A DNA stretch of 64,000 bases from an uncultured Gammaproteobacteria bacterium (GTDB lineage Bacteria > Patescibacteriota > Microgenomatia > UBA8517): NCBI GenBank assembly GCA_965231135.1, contig OZ246419.1:81028-145027 (forward strand), written 5' to 3'. Position 1 is the first letter of the stretch, and the number at the start of each line of letters is the position of its first letter. This document shows positions 1 through 9,953 of the stretch, one piece after another. Below the pieces are notes generated by a model. The model was not told the DNA's origin. It worked only from the letters and a program-made list of their open reading frames with translations, and made no database searches. Made by a program: the position numbers and the translations under genes.

Positions 1-156
1 AGCAACTAAAGGGTACATACAAATTCGCTGATACCAACATAAAATACAGGGAGGAAATTTTCTTATTTCACTAAAATATAAACTGCCAGCCATAGCAACG
101 ATTGCCTGAATCCAGGAGATATAAAATAAATATTTTTTATCAAATTTCTTAAGCAT
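1..156 (-). CDS. dsbB: Disulfide bond formation protein DsbB/BdbC family, N-terminal part (runs off the window edge)
   Basis: Manual translation [52 protein letters not shown] has the GSLYFSE and PCxLCWYQR signatures; not in the ORF track. Confidence 0.9.
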   Translation of the reverse strand, partial: MLKKFDKKYLFYISWIQAIVAMAGSLYFSEIRKFPPCILCWYQRICMYPLVA

Positions 157-240
157 CTAACTTATTTTAGCAAACTGATAGTTTAAAAACACCTGAATCT
201 TAAAGCAAGTTTTCAGTTGACTACCCTGTATAATGATAGG

Positions 241-945
241 ATGCAGAATAATTATCAAGTTTTTAATCCATTCAAACAGGAACAACAAGTACAATTTCAA
301 CCTCCGCAAAAAGAAAAGTTTATTAATAAACTTAAAAATAAGCTTAGTAATTCAAACAAAACAGTAATCGCATTTGGAATAGTAATTATTTTTTCAGGAG
401 TTATGGTTGGAATGGGGCTAAGAATTAGAGCAATGAACGCCAATTCGACAAACACGACAACCGGGCAAGTTGAAGGAGACCTGACCCAGGCAACACCTAT
501 AGATACTATATCTCCAACTGATACACCATACCCTACCGCCGATCCTAATCAAATTGCTGAAACTCCAGTTCCCGCAACCGATGAAACATCTGAAGGATAT
601 ATTCCAACCAATCCTCCTGTAGCAACTGTTTCACCAACAGACACTCCGTCTCCAACACCGACTCCAAGCCCAACTCCAGTTCCTGATAATTATAATGCAA
701 GCATAACTAATGTAACAATTGGAACCCCGGCAACGATAACAGTAAATGTTACAAAAAATAATAATAATGATTGCGGGGAAAGCGTTTCTTTGGTTTCGGA
801 TCCAACCGGCGTAAATTTTACATCAAATAACGATTGCTCTAACGGAAATACTACTTTTAGTGCAACTGCTGCAAGCGGAACATATCATGTTACACCTCAA
901 GTTTATGGAGCTCCCTACGGAAGCGGAACTGACATTACTTTTTAA
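241..945 (+). CDS. Single-TM, Pro/Thr-rich surface protein with a small C-terminal Ig-like beta domain
   Basis: One hydrophobic helix and a PTPTPSPTP linker; ATG at 241 lies 6 nt after TATAAT. Confidence 0.6.
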   Translation: MQNNYQVFNPFKQEQQVQFQPPQKEKFINKLKNKLSNSNKTVIAFGIVIIFSGVMVGMGLRIRAMNANSTNTTTGQVEGDLTQATPIDTISPTDTPYPTADPNQIAETPVPATDETSEGYIPTNPPVATVSPTDTPSPTPTPSPTPVPDNYNASITNVTIGTPATITVNVTKNNNNDCGESVSLVSDPTGVNFTSNNDCSNGNTTFSATAASGTYHVTPQVYGAPYGSGTDITF

Positions 946-1538
946 TGATCGATTTAAAAAAATTAAAGCAAGAACAATTAGGTTTACAAAAACAAATAAA
1001 ACTAAATAAACTGCCGAAAATAAATTTAATTGCAGGATGCGATAGTTCATTAATCGGAAGCTATAGAAATTATACTCAAATTTTTAGTGTGTTTGTTGTT
1101 TTTACATATCCAGAACTTCAGGAAATTGAAGTACAAACTAATATTTCGCCGCTTACTTTTCCTTATATTCCAGGATTTTTATCATTTCGAGAAATTCCAA
1201 ATTTATTAAAGGTTTATAAAAAAATTGAAAATAAGCCTGATTTAATAATGGTTGACGGATCAGGACTAATTCATCCAAGACACATGGGAATTGCTAAGAA
1301 AAAACTTTATGGAAATATTGTTAGTGACAAGATAATTGACCCTAAAACAAATGAACAATTGGGTTTTAGCGTAAAAACAAAAGCAAGAGCTAATCCAATT
1401 TTTGTTAGTCCTGGGACGTTTTGTGATTTGGAAAGCAGTTTATCAATAACTCTTTCTTGCCTTAAAGGTTATAAATTACCAGAACCAACGAGAATTGCTG
1501 ATTTGTATTCTAAAAAACTAAAGAATGTGCAAAAATAA
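945..1538 (+). CDS. nfi: Endonuclease V (deoxyinosine 3' endonuclease), apparently with an internal deletion
   Basis: IAGCD, FPYIPGFLSFRE, MVDGSGLIHPR, PIFVSPG and LPEPTRIAD motifs. Confidence 0.9.
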   Translation: MIDLKKLKQEQLGLQKQIKLNKLPKINLIAGCDSSLIGSYRNYTQIFSVFVVFTYPELQEIEVQTNISPLTFPYIPGFLSFREIPNLLKVYKKIENKPDLIMVDGSGLIHPRHMGIAKKKLYGNIVSDKIIDPKTNEQLGFSVKTKARANPIFVSPGTFCDLESSLSITLSCLKGYKLPEPTRIADLYSKKLKNVQK

Positions 1539-1541
1539 TGT

Positions 1542-2099
1542 ATGGATACATTATTTAATAATTTAAGCTGGATGGTTTGGAATGTGGTGTTAGCAGTTTT
1601 ACCAGTTGTTTTTATAATTTTATTTACAAAATCAAAAATAAATTTAGAAAAAATTATCTTTTTTGTCTTCTGGTTTTTATTTCTACCAAACAGTATTTAT
1701 TTAATAACAGATATTCAATATTTGCCAGGACAAATAAATGGAGAATTTTATCGTGATTTGCTGCTTATTTTTGAATATTTGATTTTAGTATCACTTGGAA
1801 TAGTCACCTATTTTTATGCATTGGATCCGTTTATTAAATTTTTAAAGAAAAGATATAAGAAACATAATTTAAATTATTTTATTTTTGTTTTTAATTTTTT
1901 AATTTCTTTTGGAGTGGTACTTGGAAAAATACAGCGAGCTGAAAGCTGGGATGTTTTTATTCATCCTTTACAAATTCTTAGCAACGTAAATGCATTAATT
2001 ATTAAACAAAATGAGTTAGTTTTTGTAATTTTTTTTGGAATAATTATAAATGTTATTTATTTTGTCAGGACGAGTATAATTGATCAGTTTGTCAGCTGA
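1542..2099 (+). CDS. DUF1361 family membrane protein
   Basis: WNVVLA, WFLFLPNSIYLITD and R.ESWD motifs; multi-TM. Confidence 0.8.
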   Translation: MDTLFNNLSWMVWNVVLAVLPVVFIILFTKSKINLEKIIFFVFWFLFLPNSIYLITDIQYLPGQINGEFYRDLLLIFEYLILVSLGIVTYFYALDPFIKFLKKRYKKHNLNYFIFVFNFLISFGVVLGKIQRAESWDVFIHPLQILSNVNALIIKQNELVFVIFFGIIINVIYFVRTSIIDQFVS

Positions 2100-3195
2100 A
2101 CAAAAAAATTCGGGAGTATCAAGAAGAGAGATTTTAAAAGCAGGAGGGTTGTTTTTGAGCGTGTTTACTCTTCAGAAAATTGCTGAAGTTGGTAGTGAAT
2201 TTTACAAACAAGCTGTTATCGAGAATAGATCTGCAAGATTGCCAACTACTTTTTATACACCTCAAGATGGTTCTATTGCACTAGGCTTTTCGCCACAAAC
2301 TAATTTTACAAGTGAAGGTTTGAGAGTTGCTACTGCTCTAAAAACCTCTCCTCAGTGTTTTAACTTTTTTATTGATGAGCGCTATATGCCTTTTATTTAC
2401 GATCAAATTAAATTAGCAACTGATCATGGGATAATTCCCGTTCTTGCTTTGGGATACCAATTTGGTTTAACAACTAATTTTGAGGAGTTTAGTAAATTTT
2501 TGGGAGGGATTACTAAAAAAATGGATAGTTTTGGTAAACCATATTTTTTGAGACCATTTTGGGAACCTTTTACTCCCTGGACGAAAGATGCTTTTGGAGA
2601 TATGAGTTATAGAGATTTTGATAGCGGTTGGAGAAAAATGTATAAACAGGTCGTAAATTCGAGTAATCTGGCGAAAGTGATTTATTGTGTAAATTCGAGT
2701 ATTTATACTGATCCTTTCAATAGTGAGCCATTTACTAAAGGCTTTCCTGGAGAAAATTTTATGCATGTCTTTGCTGTTGATACTTATAATAAATATTCTC
2801 CAAGCAGTATAGATTTGGAACATTATATCGATCCTGATTATTCTTACAAAATTTCTTTGGGCCCAGATATTCTACATATGCATAAATTAGCACCCAATAC
2901 TCCAATTGCTGTTACAGAATTTAATTCTTATAACAATGGCAATAAAGTTAATTTTTTATCTGGAGGAGCTAATTACCTAACTGAGCTTGATGTGCGATTA
3001 ATTTCAAGTTTTGATTGGGATAAAAATGGTTTTGGAGAAGCATTCTGGAATATATTGCATTATCCGCAATTAATTGCTGCATATATTCAAGAGTTTGAAA
3101 GAAGTTGTTATATTACTAATGATGTTGATTTACGGAGTAAGCCAGAATTGGTAATGGATAAAATCCTCTCTAAACCAACTCACTTTTTCCACTGA
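2080..3195 (+). CDS. Glycoside hydrolase family 26-like (clan GH-A) protein
   Basis: LRPFWE (acid/base), FPGE..D.YN and IAVTEF (nucleophile) motifs; N-terminal SRREILK followed by a hydrophobic segment. Confidence 0.55.
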   Translation: MISLSAEQKNSGVSRREILKAGGLFLSVFTLQKIAEVGSEFYKQAVIENRSARLPTTFYTPQDGSIALGFSPQTNFTSEGLRVATALKTSPQCFNFFIDERYMPFIYDQIKLATDHGIIPVLALGYQFGLTTNFEEFSKFLGGITKKMDSFGKPYFLRPFWEPFTPWTKDAFGDMSYRDFDSGWRKMYKQVVNSSNLAKVIYCVNSSIYTDPFNSEPFTKGFPGENFMHVFAVDTYNKYSPSSIDLEHYIDPDYSYKISLGPDILHMHKLAPNTPIAVTEFNSYNNGNKVNFLSGGANYLTELDVRLISSFDWDKNGFGEAFWNILHYPQLIAAYIQEFERSCYITNDVDLRSKPELVMDKILSKPTHFFH

Positions 3196-3488
3196 GATTC
3201 TTCAAGGTCGACTTTATTTCCTTTAAACTCTACGCCTTCTTTAATGAGCATTTTTCTTTTGCCTTCTACTCCACCGACACCTGAGTAACCCGTTAAACTT
3301 CCGTCTGCGGCGACAACTCTATGACAAGGAACAATCGGAGCATTGGGATTATTTTTCATTGCTAATCCAACAGCGCGAGAAGCGAGCGGACTTCCGGCAA
3401 GTTTTGCAACTTGACCATAAGTTGCCACTTTGCCTTTTGGAATTTTACTAACTATTTTGTAAACTTTATCAGTAAAGCCCATGCGCAA
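3180..3488 (-). CDS. MGMT/Ogt family O6-alkylguanine DNA-binding/repair protein
   Basis: IPKGKVATYGQVA, RAVG and VPCHRVV motifs. Confidence 0.9.
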   Translation of the reverse strand: MRMGFTDKVYKIVSKIPKGKVATYGQVAKLAGSPLASRAVGLAMKNNPNAPIVPCHRVVAADGSLTGYSGVGGVEGKRKMLIKEGVEFKGNKVDLEESQWKK

Positions 3489-4464
3489 AAACTATGATAC
3501 CACAATTGATGTTTTGAGATTAATTTCAATTTTTGCAGTTGTCCTTATTCACACGACAACACGAGAACTGGAAGTAACTCATTATGATTTAATTAATAAT
3601 CAAATTAGTTTATTTTTAAATCAGGCTGCAAGATTTGCAGTACCTTTATTTTTTTTGATATCAGGATTTGTTTTGGAATTATCATATCGAGAAAATGAAA
3701 ATTATTTTAATTATTTAAAAAGAAGGTTATCGAAAATATTATTGCCATATCTGATTTGGAGTTTAATATATTATTTTTTTATCTACACAAATCATAGTGA
3801 AGATTTGATACATGCATTAATTGATGGGAGCTCTTCTTATCAACTTTATTTTATCCCTTCTTTATTTATTTTTTATTTAATTTTTCCAATATTGCATAAA
3901 ATTAAATTAAAAAAATATATCTTGATTGTTTTATTTGTAATACAAATTTTAATTTTAAATTATGTTTATAAATATTTTACTTTTCCTCTACCTTATCCAA
4001 TTGCTGTAGCAGTTTTTAATTTTTTTGTTTTTATACTGGGAATTTATTTAGTGAGAAATATTAATGATTTTAAAAAAATACTTAATAAAATATGGGTTTT
4101 ACTAATTCCTGTAACAATTTATTTAGCTTATTTTATTTTCAAAGAAGGATTTAACAGATATTATCAAACATGGAATGTTGCAGCATTTTACATACAATTT
4201 CGACCTTCTATTTTAATTTATACAATTTTTGTTTTTGGAATTTTGTATTTTATTTTTAGCAAAATTAAAATTAATTTTTTGTCAGAACTTTCTAGACTCT
4301 CTTTCTTTGTTTTCTTTATTCACGTAATTATTTTAGAAAATGTTTGGAAATATTTATCGCCGAAAAATGATTTGGTATTTTTTGGAATAGTTTCTATAAT
4401 TTCTTTTTCTGTTGCTTATTTAATCCATCGCTTTTTGCCAATCGCCAGCAAATGTCTGGGATAA
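3481..4464 (+). CDS. Acyltransferase family 3 membrane protein
   Basis: IDVLR...VVLIH, RFAVPLFFLISG and YQLYF motifs; about 10 TM segments. Confidence 0.85.
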   Translation: MRKNYDTTIDVLRLISIFAVVLIHTTTRELEVTHYDLINNQISLFLNQAARFAVPLFFLISGFVLELSYRENENYFNYLKRRLSKILLPYLIWSLIYYFFIYTNHSEDLIHALIDGSSSYQLYFIPSLFIFYLIFPILHKIKLKKYILIVLFVIQILILNYVYKYFTFPLPYPIAVAVFNFFVFILGIYLVRNINDFKKILNKIWVLLIPVTIYLAYFIFKEGFNRYYQTWNVAAFYIQFRPSILIYTIFVFGILYFIFSKIKINFLSELSRLSFFVFFIHVIILENVWKYLSPKNDLVFFGIVSIISFSVAYLIHRFLPIASKCLG

Positions 4465-5409
4465 AGTTTCTATAATATCGGACTGATTTAAAATAATTCC
4501 CAATTCTCTATTTTCATCAATGCTTTGAGTTGAAAAATTAATAGAGCCAACATAAGCTTTTTGATTATCTATTAAAATTAATTTGCCGTGAATATATGGC
4601 GAAGATAATGTTTTAATATTTACTTTAGAGTTTTTTAATTCATCAAAAGCTTTTTTATTTGAACTAACTTGTTTAAGAGTTGGTGTTAACAAATTAACTA
4701 TTTCGCCCTGAGATTTTTGCGATAATAAACTTAATATTGATGGATCATCAATGTCTTCTACTTCTATATCAATTTCTTTATTTGCACTTTCAATTAATGA
4801 AGTTAATAACGGACGAGACGTGTTTGGACTAATTACTAAATCAGTTTGAGATGGATTAAAAGTTGTTCTATTCCAATCGTTTGAAAAAATATTTTTAACT
4901 TCGTTTACATCATTTTGATTAGTATCCTCGATATCGTATTCTCTGTTTTTGGTAAAACTACTAGTTGTTAAATTTTGACTTAAAATAAATAATTCTTTGT
5001 CATCTATAATTAGAGACTTTTCGTGAGTTAATGCAAAACTAGAGCTTGTCCATTCAAATTTTATGTTATGAGATTCTAAATCAGTTTTGGTTTTAGGATT
5101 TAAACCGCTGCCGCCAAAAGGATGCTCTTCAAGCAAAACTTGCACATCAACACCGCGAGATTTGGCATTTTCAATAGATGTAATTGTGTCTTTGTCTGAT
5201 AACAAATAATCTTCTACTAGAATATCTTTTGAAGCACTATTGATTGCGTCAATTAAGAATTTATTTCCAGAATCCGGCTCGATAAAAAGCTGCAAATTAT
5301 TTTCGGCTGGACTAACTTTTACAGAAACTGGTTTTGATTTGGTGTAAAAAAGAAGATACCAGGCAGTTACAAAAAGGATTAAGATAATTATGGTTAGAAA
5401 CTTTTTCAT
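4420..5409 (-). CDS. Phospholipase D family protein with two HxK motifs
   Basis: THEKSLIID and IHGKLILID...GSIN; N-terminal anchor. Confidence 0.85.
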   Translation of the reverse strand: MKKFLTIIILILFVTAWYLLFYTKSKPVSVKVSPAENNLQLFIEPDSGNKFLIDAINSASKDILVEDYLLSDKDTITSIENAKSRGVDVQVLLEEHPFGGSGLNPKTKTDLESHNIKFEWTSSSFALTHEKSLIIDDKELFILSQNLTTSSFTKNREYDIEDTNQNDVNEVKNIFSNDWNRTTFNPSQTDLVISPNTSRPLLTSLIESANKEIDIEVEDIDDPSILSLLSQKSQGEIVNLLTPTLKQVSSNKKAFDELKNSKVNIKTLSSPYIHGKLILIDNQKAYVGSINFSTQSIDENRELGIILNQSDIIETLSQTFAGDWQKAMD

Positions 5410-5418
5410 ATACAGATT

Positions 5419-5580
5419 ATGTCACAAAAAACACTGGTTTATATTGGAGCATTTATTGGAGGGACAATTGGAAGTTTGATTCCAAATCTTTGGGGTGCAG
5501 GATTTTTATCTTTTTCATCTGTGATACTTGGAGGGATTGGAGGGTTGATTGGAATTTTTATTGTTTTAAAATTTCTTTAA
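5419..5580 (+). CDS. 53-aa glycine-zipper membrane protein
   Basis: Manual translation MSQKTLVYIGAFIGGTIGSLIPNLWGAGFLSFSSVILGGIGGLIGIFIVLKFL; fills the gap; two GxxxG helices. Confidence 0.7.
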   Translation: MSQKTLVYIGAFIGGTIGSLIPNLWGAGFLSFSSVILGGIGGLIGIFIVLKFL

Positions 5581-6260
5581 AACTTTGGGTAATTTGGAAA
5601 CCAATCGCCTTTTATATTTTCTTCTTTTATTCCTATTTCTTTTAACATTTTTATTAAATCTTCAACCATTAGTTCAGGACCGGAAACATAGATTATTTTG
5701 TTTTGAAAGCTTACAATTTGTTTGATTTTATTTTCATCAATATGTTCTGGTGAAAATATGTAAGTAATTTTAAAATTGGGATTTCTCTTTGAGATTTCTT
5801 CTAATTCCTTTTTGAAAACAATATTTTGATCGTGATTTGCATAAAGCAAATCTACATTTATTGGTAATTTGTCGTGATCTAATTGTTTGATTATGCTTCT
5901 AAATGGAGTAATTCCAATCCCGCCTGCAAGAAAAATATATTTCTTATTTGGATCAGTAACAATAAAATCACCTTCGAGATAGGAATTTTCAATGCTCTTG
6001 CCGATTTCTAAACTGAATAATTTATTTTTAAAAGAACTTGATCTTTCTTTATTAAATCTGGTTGTAATATGGATTTCTTTTTCAAAAGGAGCGGACGAAA
6101 TCGTAAACCAACGGTCAGATCCCCTGTCGTCAGTTGGTTCATGGTGTAAAACCCAGTGGAGATATTGGCCTGCAATCCATTTTATTTTTTCTTGTGGCTC
6201 AAAAATAAAAGTGGTTACGTCTAGGATTTCTTGGCGTTTGGAAACTAATTTAAGCTTCAT
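5577..6260 (-). CDS. Ferredoxin-NADP reductase-like FAD/NAD(P) oxidoreductase
   Basis: AGQY, RWFTISS, AGGIGITPF and YVSGP motifs. Confidence 0.9.
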   Translation of the reverse strand: MKLKLVSKRQEILDVTTFIFEPQEKIKWIAGQYLHWVLHHEPTDDRGSDRWFTISSAPFEKEIHITTRFNKERSSSFKNKLFSLEIGKSIENSYLEGDFIVTDPNKKYIFLAGGIGITPFRSIIKQLDHDKLPINVDLLYANHDQNIVFKKELEEISKRNPNFKITYIFSPEHIDENKIKQIVSFQNKIIYVSGPELMVEDLIKMLKEIGIKEENIKGDWFPNYPKF

Positions 6261-6268
6261 AATTTATT

Positions 6269-8053
6269 TTATCGTAATTCGTATTCACTAAGAAGTTTTT
6301 TATTTCCTTCGATTTGATAATTGAGAAGTTCTGAATATAATCCTTTTTTCTTTGCTAATTCCTTCGGTTTACCTTCATCAACGATCGTTCCAGCATCAAG
6401 AACTACAATTCGATCAACATTTTGAATGGTTGAAAATCTGTGAGCAATAATAATTACTAATCTATTTTTAAATAATTTTTCTAATGCATCCTGGACTAAA
6501 CTTTCAGAGCGAGAATCAAGAGAAGAAGTTGCTTCATCTAAAATTAAAATTGGTTTATCATGAAGAATTGCCCGCGCTATTTGAATTCTTTGTTTTTGGC
6601 CGCCAGAGAGCTTTACTCCCCGCTCTCCAATTTTGGCATCAAGGCCGTCTTTAAATTTCATAACAAATTCATAAGCATTTGCGTCTTTTAGGGCTTTTAT
6701 AATTTCTTTATCAGTTGCATGTTCTGCGCCATATGCAACATTTTCTCTTATTGTTGATGAAAACAATTCATTATCTTGAAAAACTAAGGCCATGTGTTCG
6801 CGAACCCAAGCATGGCTAACTTCTTTGTAGTTTTTATTACCAATGGTTATTTCACCTGAAGTTGGATCATAAAGGTCTAATATTAGATTAACTAAAGTGG
6901 TTTTACCCGCACCGCTATGACCAACAAAAGCAACTTTTTCTGGATTATTTAAATGCAAATTAATATTATTTAAAACTTTCCCTCCTTCAGAATATGCAAA
7001 ATCAACATTTGATAAATTAATTTCAGGTTTACTTAAAAGTTTTGGTAATTTTTTATCCTGGAACTTTTCTGTACCCTCCAAATCTAAAACTGCGAAAAAT
7101 TCTTTAGAATCTGCCTCAGCTCTTTGTACTTGCTCTAAAATAAAACTCATTCCAAAAAGTGGCCATCTTAATTGATTTAAGATTTGAATAATTAAAACCA
7201 TTTCTCCGAGAGTTAAGCTGCGATTAAAAGTTTTAGTAAAAATAATATAAAGGATAAAAACAAAAGCGATTTCTAGGCCAAATTCACGGAAGAAATTTAA
7301 GACATGATATTGAGTAGACTGCTTGTCATATAAATCATTAAGGGTCTGATATTCATCCCTTACATAATCCCATTCTCTTTTTTGTGTGTTATATGTTTTT
7401 ACTAATTTAATATTTCCGATAACTTCACCAATGCGGCCGCGAGAAGCGTCTTCATGAATATTTTTCTTTGCTTGCATCTCTCCCCATTTTTTGGTTGAGT
7501 AACTGGAAATTAAAATATAAACTGGAAAAACAGCAATTGCTAAAAGAGCAATTAATTTGTCAAAATATGCAAGAACTATAATTCCAAAAATTGCCTGCAA
7601 AATTCCTGGCAAAATAAAATTGCTGGCATTTCCAATAAAATCACGGATAGAAATAATTCCTCTATTTAATTCGTTGACAATTTTTCCAGACAATTCACTA
7701 TCAAAATAAACTTGAGGAAGAGTAAAGATTTTTTTGTAGAAAACCTCTGTAAGATACTTTCCAAGACGACTTGCAATATGATCCCCCAATCTTTGATTGA
7801 CTACATTAATAATTACCAAGCCGACATTAACTGCAAAAATTAAGGCGAAAAGAAGAGTTAATTCCTGATAATTGCCTTTTCCAGTTGTTATTTGAGTAGT
7901 TAAATCGTTTACGACATACATCAAAATAATTGGAGTTGCCTGCTGCAAAACAGATTGAACAACAATTAATAGACAGTCAACAATAATCCATTTATGCTGA
8001 GGTTTACTTAATTTTATGATTTTTAAAATATTTTGCATTTGAATCAGCTTCAA
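6269..8053 (-). CDS. ABC transporter, fused permease/ATPase (MsbA/MDR-like); start may be 8038
   Basis: GHSGAGKT, LSGGQKQR and LILDEATSSLD motifs; N-terminal TM domain. Confidence 0.95.
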   Translation of the reverse strand: MKLIQMQNILKIIKLSKPQHKWIIVDCLLIVVQSVLQQATPIILMYVVNDLTTQITTGKGNYQELTLLFALIFAVNVGLVIINVVNQRLGDHIASRLGKYLTEVFYKKIFTLPQVYFDSELSGKIVNELNRGIISIRDFIGNASNFILPGILQAIFGIIVLAYFDKLIALLAIAVFPVYILISSYSTKKWGEMQAKKNIHEDASRGRIGEVIGNIKLVKTYNTQKREWDYVRDEYQTLNDLYDKQSTQYHVLNFFREFGLEIAFVFILYIIFTKTFNRSLTLGEMVLIIQILNQLRWPLFGMSFILEQVQRAEADSKEFFAVLDLEGTEKFQDKKLPKLLSKPEINLSNVDFAYSEGGKVLNNINLHLNNPEKVAFVGHSGAGKTTLVNLILDLYDPTSGEITIGNKNYKEVSHAWVREHMALVFQDNELFSSTIRENVAYGAEHATDKEIIKALKDANAYEFVMKFKDGLDAKIGERGVKLSGGQKQRIQIARAILHDKPILILDEATSSLDSRSESLVQDALEKLFKNRLVIIIAHRFSTIQNVDRIVVLDAGTIVDEGKPKELAKKKGLYSELLNYQIEGNKKLLSEYELR

Positions 8054-8096
8054 TTATATCAGTTGACAAGGACTTTTACTTGTTGGAATATGAACT

Positions 8097-8411
8097 ATGA
8101 CTACTGAGAGCCAAGAACAAACAAAAAGAAATCCATTAGATATCATGCTTGAGATACAAAGAGAGGTTTATCCTCTACCTCAACCACCTGAAAATGCCCC
8201 CTGGTTAAATAAATTAAGTGAAGAATTAACTGATACTGATAAAAAGGCCAGGTGGAATTTTGTAATGGAAGTTCAGACGGCAATTGCCAATACTCCAATG
8301 TGGATACCCAGTGATCATCCTAGATATTATGAATATGAATCTGCAAGAAGAGATTATGAAAGCTGGTTTAGATTATCTCCAAAAGATTTATTAATAGAAT
8401 TTAATATTTAA
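8097..8411 (+). CDS. Hypothetical protein
   Basis: 104-aa ORF with TTGACA upstream; no motif recognised. Confidence 0.5.
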   Translation: MTTESQEQTKRNPLDIMLEIQREVYPLPQPPENAPWLNKLSEELTDTDKKARWNFVMEVQTAIANTPMWIPSDHPRYYEYESARRDYESWFRLSPKDLLIEFNI

Positions 8412-8540
8412 TTACATTCCTTTTGGTTGAAGCAAGCTCATTTTATTTAGATCTTCGACTGCAATTACAAAAGAAGTTATTGGATTTTTACTCATAAAGA
8501 GATTTTAACATATTATTTTTGAATCTGTTATAATAGCCTT

Positions 8541-8879
8541 ATGGCATTTGACGGAGACAGAAAAAGATCTTCATTTGGAGATCGTAATCGCGGGCGAGGA
8601 GGCTTCTCTAGAGGCAGATCTTTTGGCAATGATCGAGGACCTCGAGAGATGTTCAAAGCAACATGCGATAACTGTGGAAAAGAATGCGAAGTTCCATTTA
8701 AACCAACTGAAGGTAAACCAGTGTACTGCAGTGATTGTTTTGAAAAAATGGGAGGACGCAATTCAGACCGAGGAAATCGAAGAAATGACAGGCCAAGTTT
8801 TAGATCTGCTCCAACACAAGACTTTGGTGAATTAAATGCAAAATTAGATAAAATAATCTCGCTTCTTGAAACTAAATAA
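8541..8879 (+). CDS. CxxC-x17-CxxC domain protein (RG-rich, putative nucleic-acid binding)
   Basis: MFKATCDNCGKECEVPFKPTEGKPVYCSDCF. Confidence 0.9.
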   Translation: MAFDGDRKRSSFGDRNRGRGGFSRGRSFGNDRGPREMFKATCDNCGKECEVPFKPTEGKPVYCSDCFEKMGGRNSDRGNRRNDRPSFRSAPTQDFGELNAKLDKIISLLETK

Positions 8880-8885
8880 ATTTAT

Positions 8886-9254
8886 TTAACCTTCCCAAGG
8901 AGAAATTAGCTGAAAATAATTTCCATCTGGATCTGCAAGAGTTGCAATCCAATAATTATTATCTTCTCCCATTGAATATGGTTCTTTGATAATTTTTACG
9001 CCTTCAATTTCTTTTATTCTTTCAAATTCTTCCTTAACGTCTTTGCTTTCAAAATTAAATAAGATCCTGTCAGGATTGGTATTTTTACCGCGGATCTTGT
9101 CGTGCGCGCCAATGCTAAAGAAACAACTACCAACTAAAAAACCAGTATAACCTTTATCTTCCATCGTTGGTTTCATGTCAAAAACTTTGATATAAAATTC
9201 TGCAAGCTTTTTGTGATTTTCTGTTGAAAGAAGAATGGAATTAAAATTTAACAC
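8886..9254 (-). CDS. VOC/glyoxalase family protein
   Basis: EFY..VF and DPDGNYFQL motifs. Confidence 0.85.
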   Translation of the reverse strand: MLNFNSILLSTENHKKLAEFYIKVFDMKPTMEDKGYTGFLVGSCFFSIGAHDKIRGKNTNPDRILFNFESKDVKEEFERIKEIEGVKIIKEPYSMGEDNNYWIATLADPDGNYFQLISPWEG

Positions 9255-9271
9255 AGATTAATTATAACACT

Positions 9272-9574
9272 CTAAGCAATTTTACGTTTGCTAAGAACAT
9301 ACTTAACTGACTTACTAAGAGGTTTATCTTTTCTATGAATACAACCAAGCCAACAACACGGACGGCGCATACCATCTTTTAATTCACTCACTACTCTTCT
9401 GACGTGATCATTTCTTGTTTCCTGCTTTTTAACTAGAGTTGTCCAACAAATCCATTCATTTCTGGCAAGAGGAGTTAAAGTTTCCCAAATTAAAAGAGCT
9501 TTGGCGTCTTTTGATAAAGCATCATGCAAATCTTTTGGTAAGGTGTGGACTGTACCTCCTGAAATTTGAGTCAT
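9272..9574 (-). CDS. YdeI/OmpD-associated family protein
   Basis: LP.DL..AL, LTPLARNEWICW..K..TR and RRPCCW.GC motifs. Confidence 0.8.
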   Translation of the reverse strand: MTQISGGTVHTLPKDLHDALSKDAKALLIWETLTPLARNEWICWTTLVKKQETRNDHVRRVVSELKDGMRRPCCWLGCIHRKDKPLSKSVKYVLSKRKIA

Positions 9575-9600
9575 AAATATATTTTATCAAAGATGACAAG

Positions 9601-9930
9601 TTATTTATTTGTTTGTTGGAGTTTAATAATTTCTCTACGATGCTCACCCTGCTGAGTTATATATGCTGCAATAATAGGAGCCAATTCATCAGAATAATTT
9701 AGTCTGAAAGTAAGTTTGTGAATTCCTAATGAGTATGCACTTGCTATTTTATTATGAACCTCTTCTGGTGTTCCTTGTGTTTGTGATCCTGCTGAAATTG
9801 CATTATTAACTAATCGAATAATTTCCACAGTTGAGCTGCCCAGTTTTTCATTTAATTCTTCTAATTCTTGCATAAATTTATTATAACTTTCTTCTGCAGA
9901 TAATTTTGGTTTGTTGTTTTGTTCTACCAT
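9601..9930 (-). CDS. Hypothetical protein
   Basis: 109-aa ORF co-oriented with its neighbours. Confidence 0.5.
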   Translation of the reverse strand: MVEQNNKPKLSAEESYNKFMQELEELNEKLGSSTVEIIRLVNNAISAGSQTQGTPEEVHNKIASAYSLGIHKLTFRLNYSDELAPIIAAYITQQGEHRREIIKLQQTNK

Positions 9931-9953
9931 ATAGTATTAAGAATACTAGAAAA

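Noticed and set aside
600-690. Tandem CCAAC/ACTCC-like repeats
   Set aside because: Explained by the Pro/Thr linker codons
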